Shown here piece by piece: positions 39,641 to 53,059 of a stretch of 64,000 bases of DNA (within the stretch, counting starts at the first letter, position 1; each line of letters opens with the position of its first letter). The DNA is taken from positions 38,192,001 to 38,256,000 of the forward strand of contig CM060734.1 of assembly GCA_030704615.1 (NCBI GenBank). Reading direction: 5' to 3'. The stretch comes from Takakia lepidozioides (lineage: Eukaryota; Plantae; Bryophyta). The notes beneath the pieces are model-generated. The model was not told the origin of the DNA, did not search any database, and saw nothing but the letters and a program-made list of their open reading frames with translations. A program made the position numbers and the translations under genes.

Positions 39641-42600
39641 CCATGCGATTCTTGCATTTGATGCCATTGAAAATCTTGAGGTACATCATATGGATGTATA
39701 TACATCCTTTCTCAATAGAGATCTTATGGAGGAAATATGCATGGACCAGCTAGATAGATTTGCTGTAAAATGGAAAGAGGGGATAGTGTGTAAACTCCTA
39801 AGTCCTTGTATGGTTTGAAACAATCCCCTAGGGCGTGGAATGACAAGATTGATGCATATTTCATGGCTGAAGAGTTTAAGAGGGGCTCTGCTGATCATAG
39901 TGTTTACTATAAGAGGGCTCATGAAACTCTTGTGTGATCATAACATTGTATGTTGATGATCTGATCTTGGTATCTAACGACTTGGCTATGTTGAAACACA
40001 TACAGAGTAATATCTCAAATGAGTTTGAGATAGTGGATCTGAAAAAAATCATGTGATAATGTATTGATCAGGCTTTTGTGAAAAGACAAAGTGATATCTC
40101 AAAGAAGTTTGAGATGGTAGATCTGAAGAGATCTAGTACTGCTTGGGGTATCGGTATCTCGTGTTCGACAAGACCGAACGATTTACCTGAATCAGCGTAA
40201 TACCCTTGAAGATATCTTAAGACGCTTTGGCATGGCTAAAAGTATGCCGGTAAATACCCCATTTGTCCCAAATTGCAAACTCTAAAAAAAGATGAGTCCT
40301 AAGAGTGCTGCAGACTTGGAGACAATGAGAGATATTCCCTATCAGAGTATTGTGGGAAGTCTCATGTATGCAATGGTCTATATTAGGCTAGATATTGCAC
40401 AAGCAGTGGGGGTCATATGCTAATTTGTGGCTAACCCTGGGCAACTCCATTGGGTTGCAGTAAAGCGGATTTTCTGTTATCTGAGAGTCACACTAGACTA
40501 TGGTCTGTGCTTGAGAAAGAACAATGATAAAGTTCAGTTGGATCAAGTGGGTTCAGATGGTATCTCAGATAGTGCTTGCTAAAGTACAGAGCTATACGGT
40601 TATTGTGATGCAGATTGGGCTGGTAATGTTGATGACCGTCATACTACATCTGGCTATGTTTTTATGCTAGCAAATGGAGCTGTTAGCTGGAGAAGCAAGA
40701 AGCAATCTACAATTGTTATGTCATCAACTGAGGTAGGATATATAGCTACATCTCAAGTTACAAGGCAAACATTATGGTTATCATCATTTCTCTCAAGTAT
40801 TGGTCGTCCACAGGGGATATCATGGTAATATATGATGATAACCAAGGGTGTAATGCTCTCTTTAAGAATCCAATATTTTATGCTCGCACAAAGCATATTG
40901 AAATTCATCATCATCTAGTACGAGAGAAGACTGAAGCTGGAGTTGTCATGCTGGTATATTGCAACACCAACAACATGGTTGCAGACATACTGACAAAAGG
41001 GCTCAGTGCTGAAAATCATGAACGCTTTCAAGGGTTGATGGGAGTAGTTAAGTGTTTAACTTGGTAAATCGTTGAGTGGGGATGTTGGAAATCAACTCCT
41101 TATCAAGTTACTGCTACTCAGAGTTACTGTGATGACAAGTCAGGCTTCTATAATAGCAGTGTTGACAAGTCACAGTTAACAATAGTCGAGATAAGCCTCA
41201 ATTAGCTAAAAGATAGCTAAAGTTAGCTTCAGTTATTAATGACTCAAGTCATTGTACCAGAATAGCAGGTGGAGATAACTTAAGTAAAAGCATGGAGTTA
41301 TGCTATAGTTATCTCAGCTATTCTTGAATTAGACTTTGAGTATAAATAGGGAGAGTTCGGAGGGTGGACAGGCAGCTTGTTGTGGTCCTATGGTTGGGTG
41401 GAGAGTTTTGAGTAATCAATTCATCTTTATCTCTATTCTCTGTCGAATTCCAACACTTCCAGGGTGTATGATCCTTATCTGTGCTGGAGATCCTTATCTG
41501 TGCTGGAGCCCACGACCCTCTGACACGGGATCTTCAGAATTTTTATTCCCAATTCAGATAATTAGTACTGGTACAAATCTGTCCCCATCCATAGTTAACC
41601 TGAGTGTTGTGGACAAGGGAGATTTTTAAATGAAAACACGAGATTGAATGATGCTAGAGTGGACAAATTGTCTTAATTGATATTTATGAACTCCCCAATT
41701 TGAATTAGGAGGTACTCTTCTGTACACTGATCACTCCTAATCTCATTAAGGGCTTTGTAAGTACATATATCACATGGTGATCTTCTACTCCAGGGATAGC
41801 CTGCCTGCTCAAGTGTGAGCGCCTGAGGAACCGGCAACATTAACTCCTGTCGTTCGCTGCAAGAGAGTCGCAAATATATTGTGGATGGCTTCATGCAGGA
41901 TGGCGTGAGTGGCCAGTGGCGCCGATATCGTGCATAACATCTGTGAGCTTTCAATGGTGAACCCAAGTTGGTTCCAAGGACATTGCGATCAGTCCTGAAG
42001 ATCCTGGCACAAAAGAGCTCTAGCTAGTGCTTGCAATTAATTAAATTGTGTACTTTCTTTGAACATTAAGTTACAAATGATTTTGTTACCTACATTATTG
42101 CTTACTGCACAGTAAGTGAGCACAACGATCAGAAAGGTTAATGACCAGGTTTGAAGGGCGGCTCAATACCTCGACATTCATGTTGCAGGGCACTGTTGAC
42201 AATTGCCCACGTTATTTGAAGGAAAAATCGCGCCTTGTCAAAGGGCAGGAAGGGTGTCAATTGATGGTAACGACTTACAGTAGCAATGAAATCAAATGAT
42301 CTAGACTGCAATGAGTATCGTATGCAGATAAAAGCTCATGGCTATTGTGAACCAAAATTTTGAACTGCTTGGATTGACCTGCACGAAGTCGTAACTTTCA
42401 TGTACGTGTGAATGAACCACGACGGTACATACTTGTATCCTCTCGAGCTAGTGTCTGTTGAAAAACACTGGAGGAACCATATGGATATTGAAACCTGCAC
42501 CTTTGCAGCAAGCTATAGCTGGTAGGTACTGCATGATATGTTGTATAATGATGAGCTTTAAGAATGTTTAACAAGTATATCTATGTACACTTACAATGTA

Positions 42601-43861
42601 AACTCTTTGAAAGGCTAGAGGTTCGGCTGTCTAAGTGGTTGTACCGCCAACCAGGAAAAATCCAAAAAACCTTACCGCCCCTTGGATTAAGAGCTTCATC
42701 TTGTGTAGCTACACGAAAATCTCCACCGAACCTTGCAGTAGCAAGACTCAGGATGTTATCACTGAAAATCTCGATAAACTCCATGGATCCACACGGGCCG
42801 GTCGGCATCATGACCAGGTTCAGTGAGTCCCCATAAAAAGAGCCTTGACGCGAGTGAGTGGATCCGATCATCTACAAATCTGGCCAGCGTTGCAACTTGC
42901 TCCTGCAGAGCGACGACGTCTTCGTCGACCTCAGCGTCCATTCTGGTCTTGGTCCAGCCCTGACTACAGTGAAGTGAAAGTGAAATTGTACAGATGCCAG
43001 GCATGCTGCAAGACCTGCTTCACTTTTGCTTTTCAGCATCCTGGAAGCACCAGTTGTCCACATCTTCTAGCCACTAGGAGTCTTCTCATCGCCTCTGTGC
43101 AGCGCGCCAACTTGCACCGTGAAGCTTCCTGGTTTTACCACAGGTTATCAATCCATGGTTGTAGACACAACCCCCAGAAATCCAACGGTCAGGGTACTTT
43201 GAGACTGGGACAGTTTTGGCGCTGACGATCCCAAATTTACAACAGTTTTGCCGCCTGACCTCTCCCGCCTTCGACAGTAAATAGGGCCACGCTGGACAAC
43301 ACTCAAAGTGGCGCTCCTTCAAGGACGGTATGACATCCAACCCATCCCATCTCCACATGTTCCGCATGTTTTCGATAACCGATTCATAGTGCAATTTGCA
43401 ATACACTCTGTGCGATTACTTCCATGGAGGTTACTTGACACTTTGATTTAATACCTATTTACAAATATAAACATTTAAAATTTACAAATATACAAATCTA
43501 AAATGCATGCTCATTCCGACGAGTTCTACCAAAGAGAGAGGAACCTGCTGAGCAACCAAAGTATGCGTTGACTATGTATTGAATCTACAGAACCGGACAC
43601 ACCCAATCAACAATAGCCTTTCAGTACAATACAATTTCCGTAAACGGGAACTAGCTATACCACAAAAAGATGAAGTAAAAAAGTATGACGCCTCCCAAAG
43701 CAAGCGTAACTTATGGTGTCTTTTCACCCCAAAGGGCTAGTGCCTTCCGCTAGGAAGTTGGACACCTTTGTGACACCAAGGGTAGATTGAACGGACAACC
43801 ACTTCCGAGGTGGTATGTGCCCCTTACCAGTGGGCTACAACTTGGTTGTCGCTGCACCACA

Positions 43862-44610
43862 TTAAAAAAAAATCCGTACTACATCTACCATTTCCAACAC
43901 ATGCGGCTCGATCATTGCCTTCTAGATCAATTGAGCTATGTTGAAGTCCATGCTGTTATTTTTAAACGGAACGACCAAAGATGCTACAGAATAAAACTGA
44001 CCAAACTTCAACATATTGAACAGAACACGGGGCAGGGCAATACCAAGTTGTCTTCCCATTTTGTGCTTCGACCACATTTGTGCACGTTCCAGTAGATTTT
44101 GATATGTCAGACACACTCGGTTTTTAATTGATGAAGCGCCATACTTGACATACTCATCAAGCCCATTCTGCATTTGTTCAACACTAATATTGCAATGTAC
44201 AAATTTGAAACCAGGTTTGTAAATATTCTTCAAACAATAACCAACCATCCCAATAAAAGTGTGTAGGTCTTTTCCACGAAGGGCTTTGCAATGAATTATC
44301 AGGTGTCCGGGAGGCGCACTTTTGGGATCATCCCATCCAAGTTCTTTTTTGATCAGTCTATTTAACATCAACAAGCTAGAAACATAGAGCGTACAAACCA
44401 TTTGTAAGTGAAGGTGAAATAATGTGTCACCCCTTTCCAATGCACACACTCTGGAGATGCAGACGCAGTCGATGAAATTCTTCATCTTCTGTAAGCAGCT
44501 GACTATCTGCTGCACCGACACCAATGGTGACACTAGCTTCCAAATATTTTTCAGTGCTCTTGCATTTTTCCTTTGACCTCTCCCTAGCCGCTGCCAGGGT
44601 TGCACACGTC
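43862..44610 (-). pseudogene. Replitron-like HUH endonuclease (main part)
   Basis: Motif I-like EKYLEASVTIG (shifted frame), motif II ALERGDTLFHLHLQ, motif III FIGMVGYCLK; no helicase follows. Confidence 0.8.
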
Positions 44611-44823
44611 AGTGACGTCACGTCACGTCGGACCTGACGCTGACGCGACCAACGTCACGTCAGTTTTGCCGAAAAATCAGTAAAACATGAGTTACGTGAA
44701 AAATATGCCACGTAGGTGGACACGTTGTATTCCAAGCGACACCTTGGCAAATGAATGAATTGTTTTATAAATTACTACATCCGCCAATAGTTGAGGTCAT
44801 TTTTAAATCATTATTGTTAAATT

Positions 44824-45478
44824 GGTGCAACCTCCAAATGGTGGTGGTCGCAGAATTTATCTTATTTTTTAATAGTTGCGACCACCAGTAGAGAGGTTAT
44901 CGCAGCATTTTTTGTTTTTTAAAAATAGATGCGACCACCAGCAGGGGTGGTCACATTTTTTTCTTTTCTTAAACAGTTGCGACCACCGCTACTGGTGGTC
45001 GCACAATTTTTATTTTATTTGTAATAGGTGCGACCACCATCAGGGGGGTGGTCGCAACATATTTCTATTTTTTAATATCTACGACCACCAGCATGGGGGT
45101 GGTCGCAGCATTTTTCTGTTTTTTTAATAGGTGCGACCACCAGCCAGGGGGAGTCGCAGAATTTTTTTTTTTTTTTTTTTTAAATATTCTCTGTGACCAC
45201 GAGCATGGGGGTGGTCGCAACATTTTTCATTTTTTTAATAGGTGCAGAAATTTGTTTAATAGGTGCGACCACCAGCAGGGGGGTGGTTGAAGAAATTTTC
45301 TGTTTTTTTAATAGGTGCGACCACCAGCCGGGGGGTGGTCGCAGCAAAATTTTGTTTTATTTATTTTTAAATAATCTCTATGACCACGAGCATGGGGTGG
45401 TCGCATCATTTTTTTTTTTTTAATAGTTTTTATAAAAAAATAACATGCGACTTCCTCGTGCGACCTGGAGCGGTCGCA
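44824..45478. repeat. Array of GCGACC-N~12-GGTCGC palindromes with T-rich spacers (~45 bp period)
   Basis: e.g. GGTGCGACCACCAGCAGGGGTGGTCGCA repeated; TATATAAGG follows at 45526. Confidence 0.9.
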
Positions 45479-45844
45479 GCATTGGATCTGATTCGTCAAG
45501 CGTGTGAGGCATGGAGGCTGGAGGATATATAAGGTGGTCCCAATGCCCCTCACTTCTTTTGTGGCAAACACTTTTGTGGCGAGTGAATATTCTCTATTCT
45601 TTGAGCAAGAGTGTAAGCCCAAAAGAAGGGTGCGGACCGTTTGCTGTTGTGGCTTCCACCAGAGCCACTGCAGCAAATTATCGAAAAGCACAATACTACA
45701 TGGTGCATTGATCCACTTGGATTGATGTCGTAGTGTTGGGCCATCGCATTCTGTTTTAACTTCTATTGCTCTTGATAAATCTACCAAGTACACTAGTGTT
45801 CTTTGTTCAACCTTAAGTCTGTGGTTAGGGTTTTGGGTGTGAGG

Positions 45845-48828
45845 ATGAGGGAGGAGTGGATCCCTTGGTTCACCATAGACCCGCACAAAAATGACGGTGT
45901 TCAATGCAATCTTTGTGCATTGAAGTTGGCGGGTCGCAAAGATCGCATGTTATATCACCTCGGCTACAGAGATGGGAAGAATGCATGGGTTAGTTTGTGC
46001 CCAAAAGCCTCCATGCGAGTGAAAGCCCACTTTGCCTAATATGGAGGCAATATCTCACCGTCTCTTGATATGGCCGCGGCTTCTGAGCCAAATACTCCAG
46101 GTTCGAATCAAACTGTCCCTCAGAGTTGTACCCAGGGGGATATTTGCGAGGCGTCTGCTGTTCGTGGAGAAGCCGGTGGGTCAGGAGCAACATCCGATTA
46201 TACACCAGCACTTGTACGGACCAGACCATTGAGGCAACAATCATTGCAAGAAGGCTTAAATTTTTCGCACAGGAGGACTCTAGATAAGAAGTGGACCCAA
46301 TTTTTCTACGAGGCCAATATTCCGTTCAATGTCTCGAGGCTTCCTACGTTTGTGGCTGCTGTCAAAGCCACGTCCGATCCCAAGTCCACATACACACCTC
46401 CGAGTTATCGCGATCTTCGCACAGGATTGCTAGAAGATGCTATGTCTGACCGCACCCAAAAGGTGAATGAAAAGACAGGTGATTCTCTCCGGAAATATGG
46501 AAGCACTATATGTGCAGACGGTTGGAGTTCTGTTACTAATCGACCACTGTTCAATGTCATGCTGGTCTGTCCTACGGGGGAACAATTTTTGGGATCCGTT
46601 GACACAAGCGGGGAGAGAAAAGATGCACGTTATCAAGCAGGGTTGTTGACGAGTTACATCGATAAAATTGGAGCTGATAAAATTGTTCAAGTGTGCACGG
46701 ACAATGCATCTAACATGGTTAATATGGCCGATATTTTGATGGTACGATATCCCCATCTATATTACCAAGGGTGTGCTGCTCATATCTTTGATCTCTTTTT
46801 GGAGGATTGGGGAAAAGAATCATGGATGAAACAACTACTAAAAAGGGCAAAGTCGGTTATGACGTTCATTCGTACATATCACATCCTTCTGGCATTGTTT
46901 AGAAAGCATGAACCCAAATACATCCTTAGAAACCCGGGTGAAACCCGCTTTGCCACAAATTTTTTGATGGTGGATCGACTGGTGACTGTGAGGGCGGGTC
47001 TAGAGCAGGTGATCATTGACCCTCAATGGGATGCATATGTGGGCACCTTACGTGACTCTCGTAAGTCCAAGTCTTTGAGCAAAAGTCGGAGGGTCCGCGC
47101 AATCATTCGCTCCGACAATTTCTGGGCGAAATGTGCAAATTTTGTGTACATGGTGGAGCCGGTGTTGATTGCTTTGCGGAAGTTTGATGGAAAACAACCA
47201 ATAATGGATAAAGCATGGTTGATATTGGAAAACCTTGAGAAGCACGTGCAATCCTTGAGACGTCCTCCATTTTCTATGGACGATGATTTGGCGGCAAGGA
47301 CCGAGGATGCATTTTACGACCACAAACGGATGGTTCGCACGGACTTGCATTATGCGGTGGCCTTGCTGAATCCATTATTGCTAGATAATACGGATTTGAG
47401 AGACGATGTGGATGCCAAAGCCGGGTTTGTACGGGTCATCATGCAATTTGCGCCCTTGAACATGGCAGAGCGAGCGTTGTCCGAATACCAGTGCTTCTTG
47501 GATCGGCAGAATCCTTTCCATGACATGTCAAATCCAAAAGCAATGAACATGTTGCCACATGAATGGTGGGATTTGATTGGAGCTGGAGCAAGAACGTTAG
47601 CTCCTATTGCAAAGCGTATTCTTGCTCAAGTGTGTTCTGCCTCGTCCTGTGAGCGGAACTGGAGCAGTTACTCGTTTGTTCACAACAAGATTCGCAACAG
47701 GTTGAATCATGCCAGGGCTGACAAATTGGTTTATGTCTACACGAATTGTAGGCTACTGCGAGAGAAGAGAGCAAGTGGCGCATCTGCATGGTACAAGAAG
47801 AATTTGTTGTCTGAAGAATCTGCCTCAGAGGTCCAATCTAGTAGCAATGATGACACTGACGCCGCGAGGGACTCCGTCTCTGACGATTGGGATGGGTCCG
47901 ATGATGTGGGCAATCCTCCACATGACCCATATGAATTTAATGACGATGACGCTACAATGCATCCATCCTTTGATGACCTTGTTATTGATGAACTGCGACA
48001 TGGTGTCATCCCAATTGCGGACCCCCTTCCCCCAGTGGAGCACACTCTCAACAATGTAGTTGAGGTCAACTCTCCCCCACCACGAGTTTCACGGACTGCG
48101 GGAGATGTGCAGGTTGAATCGTCGGATGATGACAACCGGCCGTTGTCATTCATTCACCGACATCGTGCCTCTGTGAACCGTGCTTCATCTCACCCCGCTC
48201 TATCTCATGTTTCTCTTTCTCAAGCCGATCCATCCCATGCTGGTCCATCTAGTCTCTCTCCCCCTCATGTAATTCTTTCCATCGCTACTCCGATCCTGGG
48301 AGATGGTTCTTCTGCTGCGGAACTTCTGCAAATCGAACCATCGGATGACGACCACCGGCCATTGTCGTTTCATCTGGCCCGACGACGTCCGCATGTGAAC
48401 CGTGCTCCCTCGACCCTCGCTGGTCCATCTCATGTCCCTTCCTCTCATGTCCCTTCCTCTCATGTCGGCCCCTCTGATGTACGTGCGAGTAGCCTTCCTC
48501 ATACGAGACCTGCTCCCAAGCCACCACAAAATCCGGGACAAACCCAGAAATGGCAGAGAATTGTGCAACCTTTTGTTGGTGACCGACCTGTGAACAGGCC
48601 TGATACCCTAGATGGTATTCATGATAGGAGTGGAAATCGACCAGAGAGACAACTGAACGTACTTCGAGGATGACTACAGGTCCAACGGCCAATTGCCTCT
48701 GGAAACGAAAGAACAGTTGGAGATCATGATTCTAGCACTGATCATGGGAACGGGGGTGAAGTGAGTGGGGACAAAGATTTTGTACTAGACGTGAGATCAT
48801 ACCATCGTCGTCGTGCCAGACGGAATTA
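45845..48828 (+). pseudogene. hAT transposase (BED finger, DUF659-type catalytic domain, dimerisation domain, long disordered tail)
   Basis: CNLC..HL..CP BED finger in frame with ORF 46070-48673 across one TAA (46037); ICADGW, VCTDNA, CAAH, TRFAT, WW, ASSCERNWS; probable frameshift near 48660. Confidence 0.9.
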
Positions 48829-49149
48829 GATACAGCTATAACTTTTGTGACCTATCACATGATGTGTAGTATGTTTCCATGGATATCCATGTTTCAGTTT
48901 GGGTACATGCATACGTATACAGAAATAAAAATGGTGAAATATGTGTACCCAAGAAAGGATTTGGTGGTGTGTGTGTGTTTGTGTTTCGTCATTACCTTTA
49001 CATTGTTGATTTCCTATTATGGTTTCAAAAGCCACAAAGGTCAGGTGCAGCTCCCAACATTTATATTCCCCTTCACAAATCCATGGGGAGTCGATACATG
49101 TGTTTTTCATCTGCCTCTCCAAACATACATACAGGTGCAAGGGGACCAA

Positions 49150-50012
49150 CCTCCTGGTGGTCGCACCTATTTTTAAAAAAACAATTGTGTGACCACCAGT
49201 AGCGGTCGTCGCAACTGTTAAAATAAATGAAAAATGTTGCGACCACCCCCCTGCTGGTAGTCGCACCTATTTACTGATTTACTGATTACCCCTGTTAATG
49301 GTCGCAGATTTGCTTTTACTTTTTTATTTTTTATTTTGGGAAACACCTGGGAGCGACAGCTCACAAATCAGGCCCCTTAGTAGTGAGAGAAGAAAATAAC
49401 CTCTTTCATTTATGCGCCAAGAGGCGTAGGAATGGGGCACCACACACGAACCATACCACACCCATCAAGTAACAAGATTTGACCCCAGAATCGTCTAGGT
49501 CGCACTCAGTGCACTTAACCAATTGAGCTACTGACTGTTGGTAGATACTAAAAAATCGGAAAATTATGCGACCACCCCCTACGACCACCCCCCTGCTGGT
49601 GGTCGCATCTATTAAAGAAAAGGAAAATAGTGCGACCACCAACAGGTGGTGGTCGCACCTATTTGTTTTAAACAAAATTTGTGCGACCACCCCTCTGCTC
49701 GTGGTCGCGCCTATTAAAAAAAAAAAAAATTATGCGACCACCTCCCTGTTGGTGGTCGCACCTATTTAAAAATAAAAAAATCTGCGACCACCCCCCTGCT
49801 AGTGGTCGCACCCATTAAAAAAAATAAACAAATCTGTGACCACCCCCCTGCTGGTGGTCGCACCCATTAAAAAAATTAAAAAAATTTGCGACCACCCCCC
49901 TGCTGGTGGTCGCACCTATTAAAAATAAATAAAAATTGCGACCACCATCCTGCTGGTGGTTGCATATAATAAAGGAAAAAAAAAAATGCAACCACCCCTA
50001 CTGGCGGTCGCA
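49150..50012. repeat. Second GCGACC..GGTCGC palindrome array (A-rich spacers), interrupted by a SINE
   Basis: TGCGACCACCCCCTGCTGGTGGTCGCACCTATT repeated; TTATAAGG follows at 50072. Confidence 0.9.
49340..49540 (-). mobile_element. tRNA-derived SINE
   Basis: Minus strand A-box TAGCTCAATTGG and B-box-like GGGTCAAATC; 3' body CATAAATGAAAG..GGGCCTGA shared with 18040-18210; A-rich tail. Confidence 0.65.
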
Positions 50013-50440
50013 GCTATTACTAGCATGTGCAATCATGATGACAGCGCGCGCCCCGAGTGTGGAGGGGGGGCTTATAAGGCCTTAGAAGCCATTCTCTCCC
50101 TTACTTTTCTCCACACCAGGACTTGGCGGACGATGGGATGTTGCATTCCTTGTCATTGAGTCCAAGTGGAGAAGGGTGCTATTGGTTGGGTGGGGGGTAT
50201 TTTGGGCCGTTGAATTCTACGAATTTGATGTTGAGTACCTCCCGAGAAGCCCTCTTCTGGCACCCACGTTTTTTTCATTGCACATTGCGTCATTTCTCTT
50301 AGAACTGCCGAGGGAGTGACACGTGCCTCTAGTACTTGGGGAGGATTCATTAGGGAGTAGGATTAGGTACGATTTAGGAGGGTTGGGAGAGCATTTTTCT
50401 TAGCAAACACCTGTCGAGTAGGGGTAAGCCAGAGCCATAA

Positions 50441-52966
50441 ATGGCGGAAGAGGAAGACAGAGGAGGTCATCCCAGGGATGACGATAATGAACCTGGACCT
50501 CCCAAAAAAAAACCAAAAGGGGTCAGGCGCGAACTTCGTTGGGACATATACAATGATCCCAACAGTCTTGCGGAACCAGGTTGGGAAGTTTGGAAGTTGG
50601 GGCAGCGGTGGTCGCTTGATGACTACAGGAAATTTGTGGACTGGTGTCACATAAATCGTTTGTGGCCCAGAGATAGGCATGATCCACAAACCAAACAAAA
50701 TCAAGCTAACTTGCATTCCTGCGCCAACCCGTATTTCTGCCACAGGGCAGAGGAGGTACATACAACATTGTGGGGTCAACCGCTCGTCAATAACAAGGTC
50801 CCGTATTTATTTGCGGCCATGTTATACACAAAGTTGATTTTATTGCGACCGGTGGATTGGCAAACTGCCACTGCGAGACAGCGTACTAGACTATACACGT
50901 TCTCTGATATCCCATACTTGTATATACGTCAAGGGCAGGACATCATACGGTTCGATGGAAACGACGATGTGGAAGAAGAAGGAAATGCAGACCAACCTCC
51001 AAATTATACGCCGCAACAGGTCTCCGCAGTCGGGCCTTCAACGTCTGAGGTGGAGGGGGGCGAGGTACGCTTTCCGTTGGAGGAACAGTTGGTTGCACAT
51101 GAACAACACATCAAAGACCTGCAGGACATTGTTCATTTGCAACGGTGGCAAATATCGAAGTTGCTAGAAAGGATGGGGTTGGGGACTCTCGACAGCGTAC
51201 GCGGTGTGCTTTAGGACCCAAGGCCAATCACCAACGAGCAAGACATATTGGCGCGTTTGAATATGCCATCAATGGACATTGACCGCGTCATCGACGGGAT
51301 TGACTCAATCGGGCATGGGAATGAAGTGCAAACGTCTGAACTGGACCCGACGAGGGTTGAGGAAAAAGACTTGCAGCGGAGAGGGCATGAAAAGGAAAGG
51401 AGCCCATAGTGAAAACTGGGGAATGTTCAGCCGTGCAAATTACATCGGCCCAAGAACAGGAATTAGAGGAGCTTGTGGGGGAACGCGAGCAAGCTAGGGC
51501 TGTTGCATATCGGTACTCAAATGCCATGCAAATTCGATCGTGGCCATGGTTGAAAGGGAATTGGCAGAATTGAATGACATGCGCGGGCCATCTAGCATCG
51601 CGGGAAACACGGATAGAAGAAGCGTTGTTCTCCCTCCATCGTGCAGCACGTTTGTCGAATCGAAGTGTAGATAGCATCTATGCTAATTTGCAAAGGCACT
51701 GTGCGTGATGTATTCACGTCGAAGTACACTAGATTCACCACATGGGCTGATGTGGATGTCATGTTTAAGCACTGTGTGCATACAATTTCCGATACCAATA
51801 ACAGCATAAACTGGGATTTGGAAATAGAGGAGGAGTGGGACACCAGGCCGAGGATGTCATCCTACATTCATGAGAATAAACGGACGTGGATACCACAGAG
51901 CAATCCAGCGTCATGGGTAACAGATGGTACGGTGTGCACAATGTGCCTAAACCCTTATGGACCGGAGGGAGGCTATATGTTTGGTTCATGTGGCCATTTG
52001 TTCCATCACGCATGTCTCATATCGGCAGCCATGCGAGCCAGCCAATGCCCTGACTGCCGTGGACCAATCCATCGACGTTTCTACGAGTTGTTTGGGTTGC
52101 AAGACAATATGCCCATGGGATATGAGTACAACCGGTACAACATGCTATTGGATGTATCGCCTTACGATTTTTTAAATTGGCAACACTGGGGGGAGACAAT
52201 GACATGGGATGTTCCAAGAGAGATGCATGCCTTGGATGCAAAGACGTTAACTAGGGTTAAAGATCCGGTGACCTTTTGGGTGACATCCAACTGGGAAATA
52301 ACCGTGCGTGCTAGAGGCATACGGGACCCAGTCCAAATGGAGCTTTTTTGCCGGAACTTGGGAGGGCATTGGAGCTGTACCAGACAAAGATTCTTCCGAC
52401 TGCCTGAGGATCCGTGGGTGCCAGTGGAAAACGACCCATACAATCGCGAACCGATTGGGAGAGACCTATTTCTGAGGGAGTTGGAGGCCGCTAGCATCCG
52501 TCGGGAGGATATGAATGAGACGTACTGGGTGCCTCGTCGGGATGAAGGGTCATTTCTTCCAGAGTTGCGCAGAGACCCCCAGCAGGAGGAAGTGTTGGAC
52601 AATTTCAAGGCTGCCATCACGAGTGTTGTAAAGTATTGGCAGAACACATGGCGTGACCAAGTTGCCTCTATTCCAGGGGTGTTCTTGCCACTTCCAAACA
52701 TATCGGATTTAATTGAAAAATTGCATGTCACCGTAGCAAGATTGACACACCCGGCTCTGGCAAATATAGAAGAGAGTCAGCACTCGCCTAGAACGCTACG
52801 CATGATGGCAAAGGTGGACCACACAACAATGGGTCCCTCTTTGACTACTCGAGCCCAGGCTCGAGCTCTCCGTACTGGTGGAGGCACGTCCTCTACACCC
52901 GGAGCATCTTCATCAACATCTGGAGATGACGACAACGAAATAATAAATCTAGATGAAGATGACTAG
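50441..52966 (+). pseudogene. Transposon-borne ORF: basic NLS, unknown N-terminal domain, probable coiled coil, RING-H2 finger; disrupted 51214-51680
   Basis: PPKKKPKG; CTMC...CGHLFHHAC...CPDC (C3H2C3); acidic C-terminus EIINLDEDD. Confidence 0.7.
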
Positions 52967-53059
52967 AAAGGCTAGAAACGTAGGAAGTAGGCCAAAAGTC
53001 TCAGGTTGCGAAAACTTAAATATGCAACCCACTGTATAGTCTACGTAATTTTTAGAAAT

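Larger units (their letters stand above)
34925..41455 (+). mobile_element. Ty1/Copia LTR retrotransposon with both LTRs (34925-35301, 41083-41455), heavily decayed, with nested insertions
   Basis: TGTTGGAA..TTCCAACA LTRs; PBS TGGTATCATAGC at 35302; PPT GAGTGGGGA; flanks CTTCA/CTTCC; integrase LRCDGGG and CIFIGY; RT HMDV and YVDD; RNase H YCDADWAG and RTKHIEIHHH. Confidence 0.93.

Noticed and set aside
43862-44610. Helitron Rep or geminivirus Rep
   Set aside because: No helicase domain follows; the motifs fit a stand-alone Replitron-type HUH.
44597-44620. Canonical hAT 8-bp TSD and short perfect TIR
   Set aside because: Only a 6-bp direct repeat and imperfect inverted ends are visible, so mobilisation of the whole block by hAT is unproven.
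44824-45478. CRISPR-like look of the palindromic arrays (also 49150-50012 and 58105-58522)
   Set aside because: Spacers are low-complexity A/T tracts, the repeats vary, there are no cas genes, and the context is eukaryotic TE.
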